IMG/VR virus record: IMGVR_UViG_3300046005_001016
Span: 1 to 61,945 of that record
Length of the DNA: 61,945 nucleotides
Reading direction: 5' to 3' (one strand)
Origin: a virus
Taxonomy: Duplodnaviria; Caudoviricetes
Notes under the pieces: generated by a model
Told to the model about the DNA's origin: nothing
Databases searched by the model: none
Seen by the model: only the letters and a program-made list of their open reading frames with translations
Shown: piece after piece, positions 10,144 to 20,116 of the stretch
Layout of the letters: each line of letters starts with the position of its first letter
Numbering within the stretch: position 1 is the first letter of the stretch
Made by a program: the position numbers and the translations under genes

Positions 10144-11732
10144 ATCGAGCGCCCTTGCAGGGATGCGACGAACCGTTTAAGCGTGATTAAGTCAGCCGAA
10201 GAAACTGAACCTTTGACGGACACTATGGCACCAACTCCACCGGCTATAACGCCACCAATTGACCCGTTCCCGACTGTAAACACACCCGCTGGTGCAGCAA
10301 CAGGAGTACCTTGCGCCATGTCCATATCTGCACGGCAGAAGCCGCCTTGTTTGGTGCTTGTGAATACCACATCCGAGCCAGCTATATACGCTGATGCTAT
10401 AGCTGCGGTGGTTGTTCCTGCGTCATTGGTGTACGCAACAACTAATTTGCCACCCCACTCCGGTGAATCCGCATACATACGACACACCGCTGCCGGAGAA
10501 CCAATAGCAGCAGTTAATACGGACGGGTACATCGCCGGGTTTGTAAAGCGTACCCCCGCAATCACACAATGGTCATCGCTCATCTGAAACAGCGGCCCAC
10601 TCAAAGACAGCGAATCGTCTACACCGTCGAACTGCCAGAAGTACGGGCCAAGTGCCGTTGATGCTGGTGCTGTTGTCGTGAGGGGGATGCCACCCAGTTT
10701 GATGATGTCGGAGGCTGTGTAGGTGCCGGTGAAGGCTCCACCAAAGCAAATATCAACCGAATCACCGTTCCCAACAATTTGCAGGATTAGACCAAACACC
10801 CCTGTTTTTGCCCCGCCGGGATATACGAATAGTTGCCAATTTCCATTCACGCCGACCGCGGTGTAATTCGCATTATCTGCCCCACCCAGTTGTATATCTC
10901 CTGACCCTGACCTACGACGAATCCAGATTGCTCCTATGCCTGTAAAGGATGAAACTGTCTGATAAAGGATGCCTGTAGACGCCGACGCAGTAAGAGTTAC
11001 AGCAGACGTACCACCAAAGGGATCATTAATCCCGGTAGCTGTAATTGAGCTAGTAACCTTCACCCAAGCCGCATTCGTAAAGTCCTGTGAGTACTGGAGC
11101 AAATTCACAGCCCCCCGCCGCAGCACGGGTTTCGCTGGCGTTGTGGACTGTCTTGCGTGGATGCCGGTGATCTCTTTGCAAGATACGTTATCTATGCCGG
11201 TTGTTACGTTTGCCCCTTGGAAAGCAAGCGCCGTTGACCCGGTACATACGCCAAAGACCGTGTTGAGCCCGATTACCGGGGTGATGGTGACATAAGCCCC
11301 GCCAAAAACCGCGTTGAGTGTTAGCGTGCTCGTACAGTTGAATGTGGCGACATACGACTTACCAATCGTCAAAGTTCCAACGGTCTGAGTTATTGAACCA
11401 AGAGTGCCTGAGTTTTGTGCGGTGCCGCCAGATACAGACCAACCACCCGTAAGCGTCCACCCCGTAGCCCCCGCACTAAAGTCACCATTCGTAACCAACT
11501 CCACCCCCAACACACCCTCCGCATCCAGCGCCAACCCCACAGGCTGATCCACTGTGCCTTGCGTCGTGCCTGCGCTGTCTAGGTAGTTTGCAGCTTGGAG
11601 GCCGTTGAGAGTTCCTACGCCGGGGAGGTAGACGTGGGCGTTGGTGCCGAATTTGCGCAGGAGAGCGATGGCGCGCTGCAGCACCGTTAGTTTTCCGGGG
11701 GCGCCGAGCGCCAATGATCCGATGCCGTACAT
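10140..11732 (-). CDS. Head/tail fibre-like protein with carbohydrate-binding and ConA/LamG-like domains
   Basis: ELVTNGDFS..ATGW, NLLQYSQDFTNAAW and WQFDGVDD motifs. Confidence 0.65.
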   Translation of the reverse strand: MYGIGSLALGAPGKLTVLQRAIALLRKFGTNAHVYLPGVGTLNGLQAANYLDSAGTTQGTVDQPVGLALDAEGVLGVELVTNGDFSAGATGWTLTGGWSVSGGTAQNSGTLGSITQTVGTLTIGKSYVATFNCTSTLTLNAVFGGAYVTITPVIGLNTVFGVCTGSTALAFQGANVTTGIDNVSCKEITGIHARQSTTPAKPVLRRGAVNLLQYSQDFTNAAWVKVTSSITATGINDPFGGTSAVTLTASASTGILYQTVSSFTGIGAIWIRRRSGSGDIQLGGADNANYTAVGVNGNWQLFVYPGGAKTGVFGLILQIVGNGDSVDICFGGAFTGTYTASDIIKLGGIPLTTTAPASTALGPYFWQFDGVDDSLSLSGPLFQMSDDHCVIAGVRFTNPAMYPSVLTAAIGSPAAVCRMYADSPEWGGKLVVAYTNDAGTTTAAIASAYIAGSDVVFTSTKQGGFCRADMDMAQGTPVAAPAGVFTVGNGSIGGVIAGGVGAIVSVKGSVSSADLITLKRFVASLQGRSI

Positions 11733-11736
11733 GTTC

Positions 11737-12042
11737 TTAGTTCGCGATGACTGCGATCTTCAGGCCGCTGTTGGACTGCACTCCAAAGTACTCCGTGCTG
11801 TCCGCGGGCATCCGCATCTTCGCGGTCGTTGCCGTGGGGTTGACCCCAGTCTCCAGGGAGCACGAGCTGTCCGTGTTGATCCGCACAAGTGTCGTACTCG
11901 CGTTGAGCACCGCGCTCTGGAGACTCCCCGCGCTGATCGACACTGTCTGCTGCGCAACTGGCATCAGCGCCGCGATGGGCGAGGGGCGCCCCAGCATGTC
12001 CGTGCCTTGGTTGGTGAACTCGGTGATGTAGAGAGTAGACAT
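11737..12042 (-). CDS. Small virion structural protein
   Basis: 101 aa beta protein with NPTAT and EYFGV motifs, after the portal. Confidence 0.55.
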   Translation of the reverse strand: MSTLYITEFTNQGTDMLGRPSPIAALMPVAQQTVSISAGSLQSAVLNASTTLVRINTDSSCSLETGVNPTATTAKMRMPADSTEYFGVQSNSGLKIAVIAN

Positions 12043-14304
12043 TTAGATTCCTTGAACAGTTTTTGGATTGTGGTGAATGTGCGCCTGCATCTCGAGCGTG
12101 GCGCTGGTGATCTCTTTCTTGGTCCGCTCCCGCAGCGCGGTGTCCGCGAGCATGGCCTTGATCTTGTCCAGTGAGACGTTCTGGTCCGCCGACAGCCGCA
12201 GCATGGCGATCTCGCGCTCCACCTGCAGCTCCTGCATGCGGGAGCTCTCGGTCATCTGCGCGATGTTCATCTTGGTCTGGGCTGTCATCTGGCCCTCTTG
12301 GACCCGCATCTTCTCGCGCTCGACGTCCGCGTTGGCCCGCAGCTGCGCGGCCTGGATACGTGGGTCCGGTTGCTGGTTCTGTGCCTGCTGCTGTTGCGCC
12401 TGTGCGATCTCCTCGTCCGTACGCATGATGTCGGTTGGATCGACATGCTGCGCCCGCAACGCTTTTTCGAAGAGGCGCTTGGGATCCAGCATCGGCGCAA
12501 ACACCGGGTTGGCCGCCATCTGCAGCAACCCCAGGAACGCCTGGTTCTGGATGTCCCGAATCATCAGCGCGCTGGAGCCGCGGGGGTTCACATCAAAGTC
12601 ACCCTTGATGCTCTCGTCCTCCGAGTACGCCATGTTGAAGTCGTAGTAGCGGCGGATGTGCGGCTTCATGAAGAAGTCATCGAACTGCTTGACCAAGCGG
12701 CGCAGCACGACGTTGCTGCCGTTCATGCGCATCTGCATGCCGCCAACGGTCTCCTGCGTCCCGCCCTTGTCACCCTGCACCATGTCAGGCACGGCCGTCT
12801 CTTGGTCCGCAAGGGCCTCGGCCATCTTCAGGATGTTGGCCAGCTCTGCCTGCTTCGAGTCGAACTGGATGGACGTGAACGCCTGGCGCACGTCCTGGGT
12901 CTCCTCGGACGCCAGCCAAATCTTGCGTGGCCCGATCTCCCACTTACCGTCCGCCGGCTTGATCGTGGAGGACTTCACCACGATCTGCGGGCCCGAGCTG
13001 ATGCCCGCGTTGTCCATGAGCTGGCGCCAAGACGCGTTGGTAACCTGCTGCTGTGCGCGCATCAGGTGCGCGATGCCGTAGCCCCATGGTGAGTCAGAGA
13101 CCTTCTCCCAGGGTAGGTAGTCGTAGGGCAGCGCACCGTCCTCCAGCGGGTTCTTGTACGCGCGCACCACCACGTCGCCGATCATCTCGACCACGCCACT
13201 GACCGACTTCAACGGGTCGCTCCCGTTGCCAGCTCCAAGGTCAACACCTGCGGCCAGCAGGTCCTCGGAGTCCAGCTCACCCCAGTACTCCCACTTCTCG
13301 TAGGTGTCGTCACCCTTCAGATCCCGGCGCTGATCGATGTCCCGCAGGTCGTCAAAGGCGGCGCTGTTCTTTGGCTTGTCGTCCAGCACCTTGGCCAGTT
13401 GCTCTTTCATGTAGCCCGGTTGCTTGACCAAGTCGCGCACGCGCTTGGCCGTCATGTTGTCGTACTCGAAGTGGCCGCTGCCGTCGTGGATGTCATCACC
13501 GCACGATGGGTCCGGGAAACACTTGCGTGGGTCCACCCGGAAACTTGCGGGCTTCAGCGTCTCTTTGAGCTCGAGCACCCGAGTGGACTGGCCGGTCTGG
13601 TCAATCTGTTTGGACCACGACTTGCGAGTCCTACTAACCACTACAGGCCCTTTCATCACGCCGGTGCCGTACAGGCCACAGTCGTGCAGCATCTTGCGGG
13701 TCTCCCCGTTGAAGTCACACTCCGTGAGTTGGTCGTCGATGGCGTCCTGCATACCGTCCGACGCGACGCGTGCCGCCTTATGCGCGGCTTGAGCAATCGC
13801 TGACATCTTCAGCGGCTGGCCATCGGGCCCCATCATCGGCTGGCCCGTCTGTGGGTTAATCGCTTGCTCTTCGTTCTTCATCCCCTTGACCATCTCAGGG
13901 TCCGGGGTTGGGTCGATGCCGAAGTTACGGTCATCGCTGGGCAGCACGATGTCGGAGAGGCGCGCCTCGCCGGCGTTCACCTTCTGGCGCGTGACACCCA
14001 CGAAGAGCGTAGAGCGGGTGGCCCGGTTGGTCGTGACCGCTTGCTGCGGGAACCCGGCCTCAACGCTACCCATCATCGATGTGGCCGTGCGGTTGGCTGC
14101 GTCGCGTCCGTGGTACTGGTCCGTGTCTTCTTTGAACCGCTTGTCAACCCCGGCGGACGCGCGTGCACGTACCCACTCATCACGCTTCTTGGCCAGGCTG
14201 GCGCCGAAGATCTGCAGTTTCTCCTGCTGCTCCATGCGCATCTGTGCCTGGTCTTGCTCGACGTCGACGTCGGGGAAGTCTGATGGGTTTGCTATATCTG
14301 CCAT
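12043..14304 (-). CDS. Portal protein (P22-like); likely start MADIAN at 14304
   Basis: About 750 aa; YGTGVMKGP, FPDP, PWGYG motifs; Gln-rich coiled-coil C-terminus; AGGA RBS. Confidence 0.9.
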   Translation of the reverse strand: MADIANPSDFPDVDVEQDQAQMRMEQQEKLQIFGASLAKKRDEWVRARASAGVDKRFKEDTDQYHGRDAANRTATSMMGSVEAGFPQQAVTTNRATRSTLFVGVTRQKVNAGEARLSDIVLPSDDRNFGIDPTPDPEMVKGMKNEEQAINPQTGQPMMGPDGQPLKMSAIAQAAHKAARVASDGMQDAIDDQLTECDFNGETRKMLHDCGLYGTGVMKGPVVVSRTRKSWSKQIDQTGQSTRVLELKETLKPASFRVDPRKCFPDPSCGDDIHDGSGHFEYDNMTAKRVRDLVKQPGYMKEQLAKVLDDKPKNSAAFDDLRDIDQRRDLKGDDTYEKWEYWGELDSEDLLAAGVDLGAGNGSDPLKSVSGVVEMIGDVVVRAYKNPLEDGALPYDYLPWEKVSDSPWGYGIAHLMRAQQQVTNASWRQLMDNAGISSGPQIVVKSSTIKPADGKWEIGPRKIWLASEETQDVRQAFTSIQFDSKQAELANILKMAEALADQETAVPDMVQGDKGGTQETVGGMQMRMNGSNVVLRRLVKQFDDFFMKPHIRRYYDFNMAYSEDESIKGDFDVNPRGSSALMIRDIQNQAFLGLLQMAANPVFAPMLDPKRLFEKALRAQHVDPTDIMRTDEEIAQAQQQQAQNQQPDPRIQAAQLRANADVEREKMRVQEGQMTAQTKMNIAQMTESSRMQELQVEREIAMLRLSADQNVSLDKIKAMLADTALRERTKKEITSATLEMQAHIHHNPKTVQGI

Positions 14305-14427
14305 TGATGGGTTCCTAAATAAGTGCTGGGTGCCCTGCCTCACTGCCCAGCGGCAGTAAAACCTTTGCGCGCAGGGCTACGCTTTCCACCGCAAGGAGGA
14401 ACTGGTTTGCGCTCTCGCGCATGAAAA

Positions 14428-16329
14428 TTAATATCCGACTTCTGGGTCCAGGCAACCGAAGTCCAGGACCGGGAGTTGCGCCCAGTCGTTCTTCGATGGC
14501 CATGGCAGATCCAGCGTTGGCTCTGCGATTCGCGCAAGTGCGTCTAACATGTCATCAAACGCACCAACAGGGAACACCGCCAGCTCCTCCTCGACGAAGG
14601 CTCTGACCAAATCTTTTGACTTGCCGGAGTAGTCTGTGTACATCAGCTCCCTTGGGAACCACACCCTCCCGCCCATGAAGTACGGCACCAGACGTCTGAT
14701 CCGGTCTTCCTTCTTGGTGGCGCCTCCGACCTCCAGCAACGGGAACCGGTAGTTGCGCCGGTTCATCTCGTTCTTCAGATTTTCAACGTCAGCCATGAGA
14801 CCGTAGCGTTCGACCCGCGTCTGCGCGGGCTTCCATTTACGGTGCAGCCGGAAGATGATCTCTGTTCTTTCTGCCATGTTGATCCGGTCTCGGACCATGT
14901 CCAACACGTACAGGTTCTCGTCCTCCCCCAACCCGATCACCCAGATCGCGGTGTAGTCAGACTTCTTGTCCTTGCGCCCGCCGGCGGGGTCAACCAGCAT
15001 GATCTTAGGCATGTTGGTGAAGTGGGCGTGGTCGTAGTACTGGACCCAGGACTTCTTGAGCTCGCCACCCCCGAGCGGCACTGGCCGCTGCTGGTAGAGG
15101 CTCGACCAAGTCCGGGGGTCCCGCTTGGCGTCGTCAACCATCTCCTGGGTAAACCACTCGGGCCACAGCCGCTCGCCAACTTTTCTGCCAAGTGGGTCAT
15201 TCTCATCTTCTGCCTCCATCGGCAGATTGATAACCTCCCACTTTTCAGGCTCCGTCTCCAGTAGCTTCCCCGCCAAGTCGTCCATGTGATAACGGGTGTT
15301 GATCAACACCACCCGCCCACCGGGTTTCAAACGCGGGGACAAGTCAAATTTGTACCAATCCCAAAGTCGCGTGCGGATCAGCTCACTGTCCGCGTCCTCT
15401 CGTGACCCGAAGGGGTCATCGATAATCATGCAGTTGTGGACCAGGATTCCGTTCGCGAAGAAGCACTGGGCCCCTTCTACCTGGATGTCATAGACTAGCG
15501 CCTGCCCCGTATGTACCGTTACCCTGGTTAAGCGTGAGCTTGAACCATCAACACATTCCGTTAGGCACCAGTTGCCAACCCTCATGTCCTTGGCCGCAAC
15601 CCAGTTACTAACTATCACGATGTCACCCGGACGCTCAGTGCTCACTTTGAACCGGTGGTTGGGAGTCGCGTTAACCACGCGCCCACACTCGAATCGCAAC
15701 TCTAGCCAGCTCCCCGCGACGCTCGTTGATAGCGCGAGGACGTGCCGAATGCCCAGTGGGGTGATTACCCTGTCGCCGACAACAACGTGTTCAATGGCTT
15801 TATGGCCGCCGACAACGGATACCGCGGTCCCGCCAAGAAGGCAATCCGCCCGGCGCCCCTGTACACGGGCGCCCGCGCCAACGGCGAAGTACTCGCCGCC
15901 TCCGCTGGTGGACCACTGCCCCGCTGCCGCGGAGTCGCCGGCCACCTGCAAGTCAAACACCTGCTGGTACGTCTTCTCCCCCACCATGTTCCTCACCCTG
16001 CGGCCCCACCGTTCAGCGAACGCCGTGGTGTGGCTGCCCGCGATGATGCTGGCGCCGGGGTGCTTACCCAGGAAGTACGCTGGGAAGAGCCCGCTTCCGA
16101 ACGTGGATTTTGCGCTACCGGGTGGAAGCGTCAACATCACCCTGTTACTCGTCCCTAGGGACACCTTGTCGAGCGCGTTGGCGATCAATATGTGGTGCGC
16201 CTGTGGCTGCTGATCCTCCGGCTGCATGTACTTGCAAAACCCAAGGAAGCTCTCCCTGGCCGCCTTGCGTGCAAGCAGGAACTTGGCCGCCTCCTGGGGC
16301 GTCAGGTCGCTGAGTTTCTTCGTAGCCAA
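14428..16329 (-). CDS. terL: Terminase large subunit containing an intein
   Basis: Walker A LPPGSAKS, GRRAD/IIDDP Walker B, TRYH..DL, LYQQRP, nuclease DPA...SDYTA and DDMLDA. Confidence 0.95.
   Translation of the reverse strand: MATKKLSDLTPQEAAKFLLARKAARESFLGFCKYMQPEDQQPQAHHILIANALDKVSLGTSNRVMLTLPPGSAKSTFGSGLFPAYFLGKHPGASIIAGSHTTAFAERWGRRVRNMVGEKTYQQVFDLQVAGDSAAAGQWSTSGGGEYFAVGAGARVQGRRADCLLGGTAVSVVGGHKAIEHVVVGDRVITPLGIRHVLALSTSVAGSWLELRFECGRVVNATPNHRFKVSTERPGDIVIVSNWVAAKDMRVGNWCLTECVDGSSSRLTRVTVHTGQALVYDIQVEGAQCFFANGILVHNCMIIDDPFGSREDADSELIRTRLWDWYKFDLSPRLKPGGRVVLINTRYHMDDLAGKLLETEPEKWEVINLPMEAEDENDPLGRKVGERLWPEWFTQEMVDDAKRDPRTWSSLYQQRPVPLGGGELKKSWVQYYDHAHFTNMPKIMLVDPAGGRKDKKSDYTAIWVIGLGEDENLYVLDMVRDRINMAERTEIIFRLHRKWKPAQTRVERYGLMADVENLKNEMNRRNYRFPLLEVGGATKKEDRIRRLVPYFMGGRVWFPRELMYTDYSGKSKDLVRAFVEEELAVFPVGAFDDMLDALARIAEPTLDLPWPSKNDWAQLPVLDFGCLDPEVGY
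15433..15843 (-). mobile_element. Mini-intein (137 aa, no endonuclease) in TerL
   Basis: Starts CLLGGT, block B ATPNHRF, block F VYDIQVEG, ends ILVHN followed by Cys; removal restores GRRAD-C-MIIDDP. Confidence 0.95.
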
Positions 16330-16374
16330 ATTTGTTCTCCTTGGCGCCGTAGGTTGGGCGCCTTGGTTGCGGTG

Positions 16375-16845
16375 TTAGACGTCGATTACGTCTGCGTTCG
16401 GTAGTGCCTGCATGGCGATCTTCATCAGTGCTGCATCCGAGACATGTTCGATCTGAATAGCCCCGCCGTCAGCGCCCGAGATTTCCACCGACTTCTTCTT
16501 GGCGTGCACGAACTCCATGAGCGTCATGAGGACCCTCGCCTGGACATCCGCCTCAAGCGTTCCGGCTTTGAGGATCTTCACGATCTCTACCGTGGGGTCC
16601 AGGCCCTGCTCCATCAGAACCTCGGCCACCGCCTTGAGGTTCATCTTGCCCGCGCGTGCGCTGGCACCACTGGCCGTGCGCTTGGGGTCGATGTACAACT
16701 TCGTGGGCGCCGCTTTGTTCTCGGCTTGTATCCGGGCCATCGAGCCACTCAGGAAGCCGCCGTACTTGACCTCTTTGCGTGGCTTCTCAACGCCTGGGGG
16801 TTTGCGCCCCAAAGTCTTCTTGACGGCCGTTGAGAGAGGTTCCAA
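16375..16845 (-). CDS. terS: Terminase small subunit (start uncertain)
   Basis: Directly upstream of terL; C-terminal KKKSVEISGADGGAI motif. Confidence 0.65.
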   Translation of the reverse strand: MEPLSTAVKKTLGRKPPGVEKPRKEVKYGGFLSGSMARIQAENKAAPTKLYIDPKRTASGASARAGKMNLKAVAEVLMEQGLDPTVEIVKILKAGTLEADVQARVLMTLMEFVHAKKKSVEISGADGGAIQIEHVSDAALMKIAMQALPNADVIDV

Positions 16846-16846
16846 G

Positions 16847-16987
16847 TTAGACCTTGCCGGGGATGACGTTTGCGGAGTAGCCCTTGGGGCCGCTCGGTGT
16901 GCCGGTGCTTGGGATCTTGGTCGCAGGGACCGAGATCTTCACAGGGATAGACGCTGTAGAAACTTTGCTTGTGGTCGAGGTTGCCAT
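16847..16987 (-). CDS. Small hypothetical protein (46 aa, not in ORF track)
   Basis: AAGGAG RBS; MATSTTSKVSTASIPVKISVP...VIPGKV. Confidence 0.6.
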   Translation of the reverse strand: MATSTTSKVSTASIPVKISVPATKIPSTGTPSGPKGYSANVIPGKV

Positions 16988-16996
16988 GGTGGCTCC

Positions 16997-17236
16997 TTAC
17001 ATTGGTTGTGGTTGGGCCGCGTGTGTGGGTTGATCCCGTGCAGCCGCTTCTTGATTCCAGGCTGCCTGGCGGGGGTCTACTTCGTCGGAGAGTGCCTTCT
17101 GCACCAGTCCGAGCACTTCGTCCAGCGATGCGGCCGTCTCGTTCATTGGTTGATCACCTGCGGACGGGTCGTCCTGCGACTCGGTTACCTGGAAGGTCCC
17201 GTCGTCGTTCTTGGTGATCGTGATCGTTTCTGCCAT
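16997..17236 (-). CDS. Hypothetical protein, first gene of the late operon
   Basis: 79 aa acidic ORF with AGGA RBS. Confidence 0.65.
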   Translation of the reverse strand: MAETITITKNDDGTFQVTESQDDPSAGDQPMNETAASLDEVLGLVQKALSDEVDPRQAAWNQEAAARDQPTHAAQPQPM

Positions 17237-17269
17237 TTTGGTTTTCCTGTACAGGCCAAAACGGCCAAA

Positions 17270-17305
17270 GGGACAGACGAACTACCCCGAGGCAAGTTTA
17301 CAACA
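17270..17305 (-). promoter_or_regulatory. Candidate late promoter/operator, near-duplicated at 8739-8774
   Basis: Both read TGTTGTA-N8-TCGGGGTAGTTCGTCT(A/G)TCCC on the minus strand, upstream of late genes. Confidence 0.65.
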
Positions 17306-18011
17306 TCTCGGTACGTTGTAGGAATTTTTGTAGATATACCGGGGGTTTTATTTCTCGGTACACAGAATTTATGCCGGTGGGGTGGGGGTCCAGATTTGTT
17401 TTGCCAAATTTGCCCTATGCGTGCGTGAAGTAATTGGGTGCAAGGGCGCGGCAGGCGCGGCGAGGTTTGGGGTGTACCCGGGGGTCAAGTCGTCCCCCTT
17501 CAAATCCGAGAATTTAGGAATCTGGTTTCCAGGATTAGGGGTGCGTGGGTGTGGAGTGGTGCCTGTATCAGGCATCACACAATGGCGCAGGTGCTGGCGT
17601 TGCTGTGACCTGGTGCACTGCGCGTGCACGACGTGGCACGAGTCGCCATGTTCGGCCGGTGTCGTTCGGCTCGACCTGATGCAGTCGGTACGGTAGCGTA
17701 CCAGTGGCGGCGCCGGCGTATGGCGCGGCCAGTGCATGGTGCGGCCTGGTGCACGCGGGATACCCTTAGATTAGCTTACCAGGTAGTTATGCATGGATTG
17801 CATAACCCTATGCATTGTGCATTAATTAATGAATTATTACAACTTCAGGGCTTCAGCATAGTGCTTGCCTATCGTATCCGCGCACTCGATCAAAATATAG
17901 ATGTGGTATTTCGTGTTGCATTGGGCTAGTCGTACTATCTATTTGTGGTGTTGTTGCCTATACTTAGACCATCCCAGCATTTCGCAGGGTTTAATTTAAG
18001 AGGTATACATC

Positions 18012-18461
18012 ATGGGCACCAGAGCACGTATCGGCATCCAGCTACCAAGCGGCGCGATCAAGTCAATTTATACACACTGGGACGGATACCCCGAGCATCA
18101 CGCTGTAATCCTGAACAAGCATTACAAGTCCTTGAAGTTGGCGCGCGAGCTCATAAAGCTGGGGGACCTGTCAACCATGGGCGAGACTATTGGCGAGCAA
18201 CATGGTTTTGAGCAGCACGCGCCCGAAGGCGCCCCCAGCTGGTGCACCTCATACACTCGCGACCGCGGCGAGACCGGCTGTGCTGCAAAGCGTGCGCCTG
18301 GCCTTGATTCCCTGGTGCGACAAGCCTGGAACTGTGACGCTGAATTTATCTACATATTCGCCCATGGCGACTGGGTTTATATGGCGACACCCCGGAGCAT
18401 GCCAAAGCCTGGTGACTCGCGGACTTGGGATAGTTGCTCTAACGTAAAAGAGGTGGCGTAA
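18012..18461 (+). CDS. Early hypothetical protein (YxHWDGYP type)
   Basis: MGTRARIG...IYTHWDGYP; GAGG RBS; first gene of the rightward early module. Confidence 0.75.
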   Translation: MGTRARIGIQLPSGAIKSIYTHWDGYPEHHAVILNKHYKSLKLARELIKLGDLSTMGETIGEQHGFEQHAPEGAPSWCTSYTRDRGETGCAAKRAPGLDSLVRQAWNCDAEFIYIFAHGDWVYMATPRSMPKPGDSRTWDSCSNVKEVA

Positions 18462-18970
18462 TGGGTTGGACCTTTGCGTATTCGACGTCATACGACAAAA
18501 AAGCATTAATTGCGGACCTGCGGCGCGCGGACCGTTGGGCGCCTGGTACAGAGCTGCTTAAAGCGTGCACCGTTGGTAACCGTCATTGGTATTTGGCACG
18601 CACGGCCGGAGTTACCTGGATCGGCCTGGATCTGCTGGCAGGTGGCGGCCGGGAGTCTGGATGGGGCTCGAAGGCTATGGACGAAACCGTTGGGCCCAAT
18701 TACTACGATTGCCCTATTTCATATCTTGACCTGGCCAGTGCGCCCACGGGCTACGCGGTCGCATGGCGTGAGGCTGTACGCAAGCAGCACGCGGCCAAAC
18801 GCGCAACGCACAAACCCGCGGCCGGGTTGGTCGTGAAGTACGCGGGGGTGTCGTACACCCTGGTGCGCCCCAACGCCCCCCGTATGGGTTGGACAGTTCG
18901 ACTAACTGATGGGCTCGCGGAGTACCGCATGAAGTCAAAGCAACTGTCCGCGGCGCTGCGCACGGAGTAA
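18461..18970 (+). CDS. Early hypothetical protein (DUF6927-like)
   Basis: MGWT start; WGSKAMDETVGPNYYDCP...WRE motif. Confidence 0.65.
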   Translation: MGWTFAYSTSYDKKALIADLRRADRWAPGTELLKACTVGNRHWYLARTAGVTWIGLDLLAGGGRESGWGSKAMDETVGPNYYDCPISYLDLASAPTGYAVAWREAVRKQHAAKRATHKPAAGLVVKYAGVSYTLVRPNAPRMGWTVRLTDGLAEYRMKSKQLSAALRTE

Positions 18971-19043
18971 TCCCGGCCGATTGCGTCGCGTGCGGCGCAT
19001 TTGGCCAGGTATTCCGCCTGGGTTAATTTGAGAGGTGCACAAC

Positions 19044-19298
19044 ATGCAAGCTATACAAACAAAATATCTACCGGCCACCAACACCAGGGGCTCGCGTATT
19101 AAAGCGGCCTGTAGCGCTGGATCTATGACTATCAGCTACCCGCGCGAGCTGAGTGGGCAGGCTGTGCACCGGGCGGCCGCGGAAGCCTTGGCGGATAAAT
19201 TGGCCTGGAATACCGGCAACTACGGCGCCATGCTGGGCGGTTGCCTTCCTGATGGGTCCTACTGCTTCGTGTTCAATAACGCAGCATCGAAGGAATAA
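19044..19298 (+). CDS. Early hypothetical protein
   Basis: IQTKYLPATNTRGSRIKA; GAGG RBS. Confidence 0.7.
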   Translation: MQAIQTKYLPATNTRGSRIKAACSAGSMTISYPRELSGQAVHRAAAEALADKLAWNTGNYGAMLGGCLPDGSYCFVFNNAASKE

Positions 19299-19300
19299 CT

Positions 19301-20038
19301 ATGCCGGGTTTCATTCTCTATCAAGGCCCTTCAATGCTCGATGGCGCGCCCATTGTCGCGATCGCAATAACTAGTTCGACTAACAAAAAGACCGGTGACA
19401 TGGTGCAAACCTACGTCATGCGGGCTGACGTTAATCCCCTGGAAGCGCTGGCCACTGGCCAGGATCACGCGGTTTGCGGGGACTGTAAGCACCGGCCGAT
19501 ATTAGGCGGCGCCTGTTACGTCAATGTTGGCCAGGGCGCCAATGCAGTCTATAAGGCTTTTGTCCGCGGAATCTACCCCGAAGACGCCAAAGGCGCACGC
19601 ATGGCCGCGGCCGGGTGCATGGTCCGCCTGGGCACTTACGGAGATCCGATGGCCGTGCCGGCTGCAGTGTGGACAAGCCTGGTACTCGACGCGGCCGGCC
19701 ACACCGGTTATACGCACCAATGGTTAAACGACAGTGTGGACGCCGGGCAGCGCGAAGCTATCAGCACGCTCTGCATGGCCAGTGCAGATACGCCGGCCGA
19801 AGGTGAGATGGCGCGCTCTATCGGGCTTCGCACCTTCCGTATGGTCCGGCCGGGTGACGCGGTCGCGCGTGGTGAGTTCGTTTGCCCGGCCAGTGAAGAG
19901 GCAGGCAAAAAGAAAACCTGCGCGGAGTGTGGCGCCTGTGACGGGTCCGCCCGCGGGCGCGCGGCGTCGCCTGTGATCATTGCGCACGGCGCCAAAGCTT
20001 CGCGCTTTATCCGCATCGGAGTTAGTTCGACTACCTGA
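19301..20038 (+). CDS. Cys-rich early protein (possible Fe-S or metal enzyme)
   Basis: N.KTG.MVQTY, CGDC.HR..CYV, RLGTYGDP, TGYTHQW, CP...TC..C..C. Confidence 0.7.
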   Translation: MPGFILYQGPSMLDGAPIVAIAITSSTNKKTGDMVQTYVMRADVNPLEALATGQDHAVCGDCKHRPILGGACYVNVGQGANAVYKAFVRGIYPEDAKGARMAAAGCMVRLGTYGDPMAVPAAVWTSLVLDAAGHTGYTHQWLNDSVDAGQREAISTLCMASADTPAEGEMARSIGLRTFRMVRPGDAVARGEFVCPASEEAGKKKTCAECGACDGSARGRAASPVIIAHGAKASRFIRIGVSSTT

Positions 20039-20116
20039 ACGCGAGCGAGCGGGCTTTATGCGTCGCGAGCGGCGCATATGGCCAGGCACTTGAGACCTGG
20101 AAACTTAGGGGAATTT

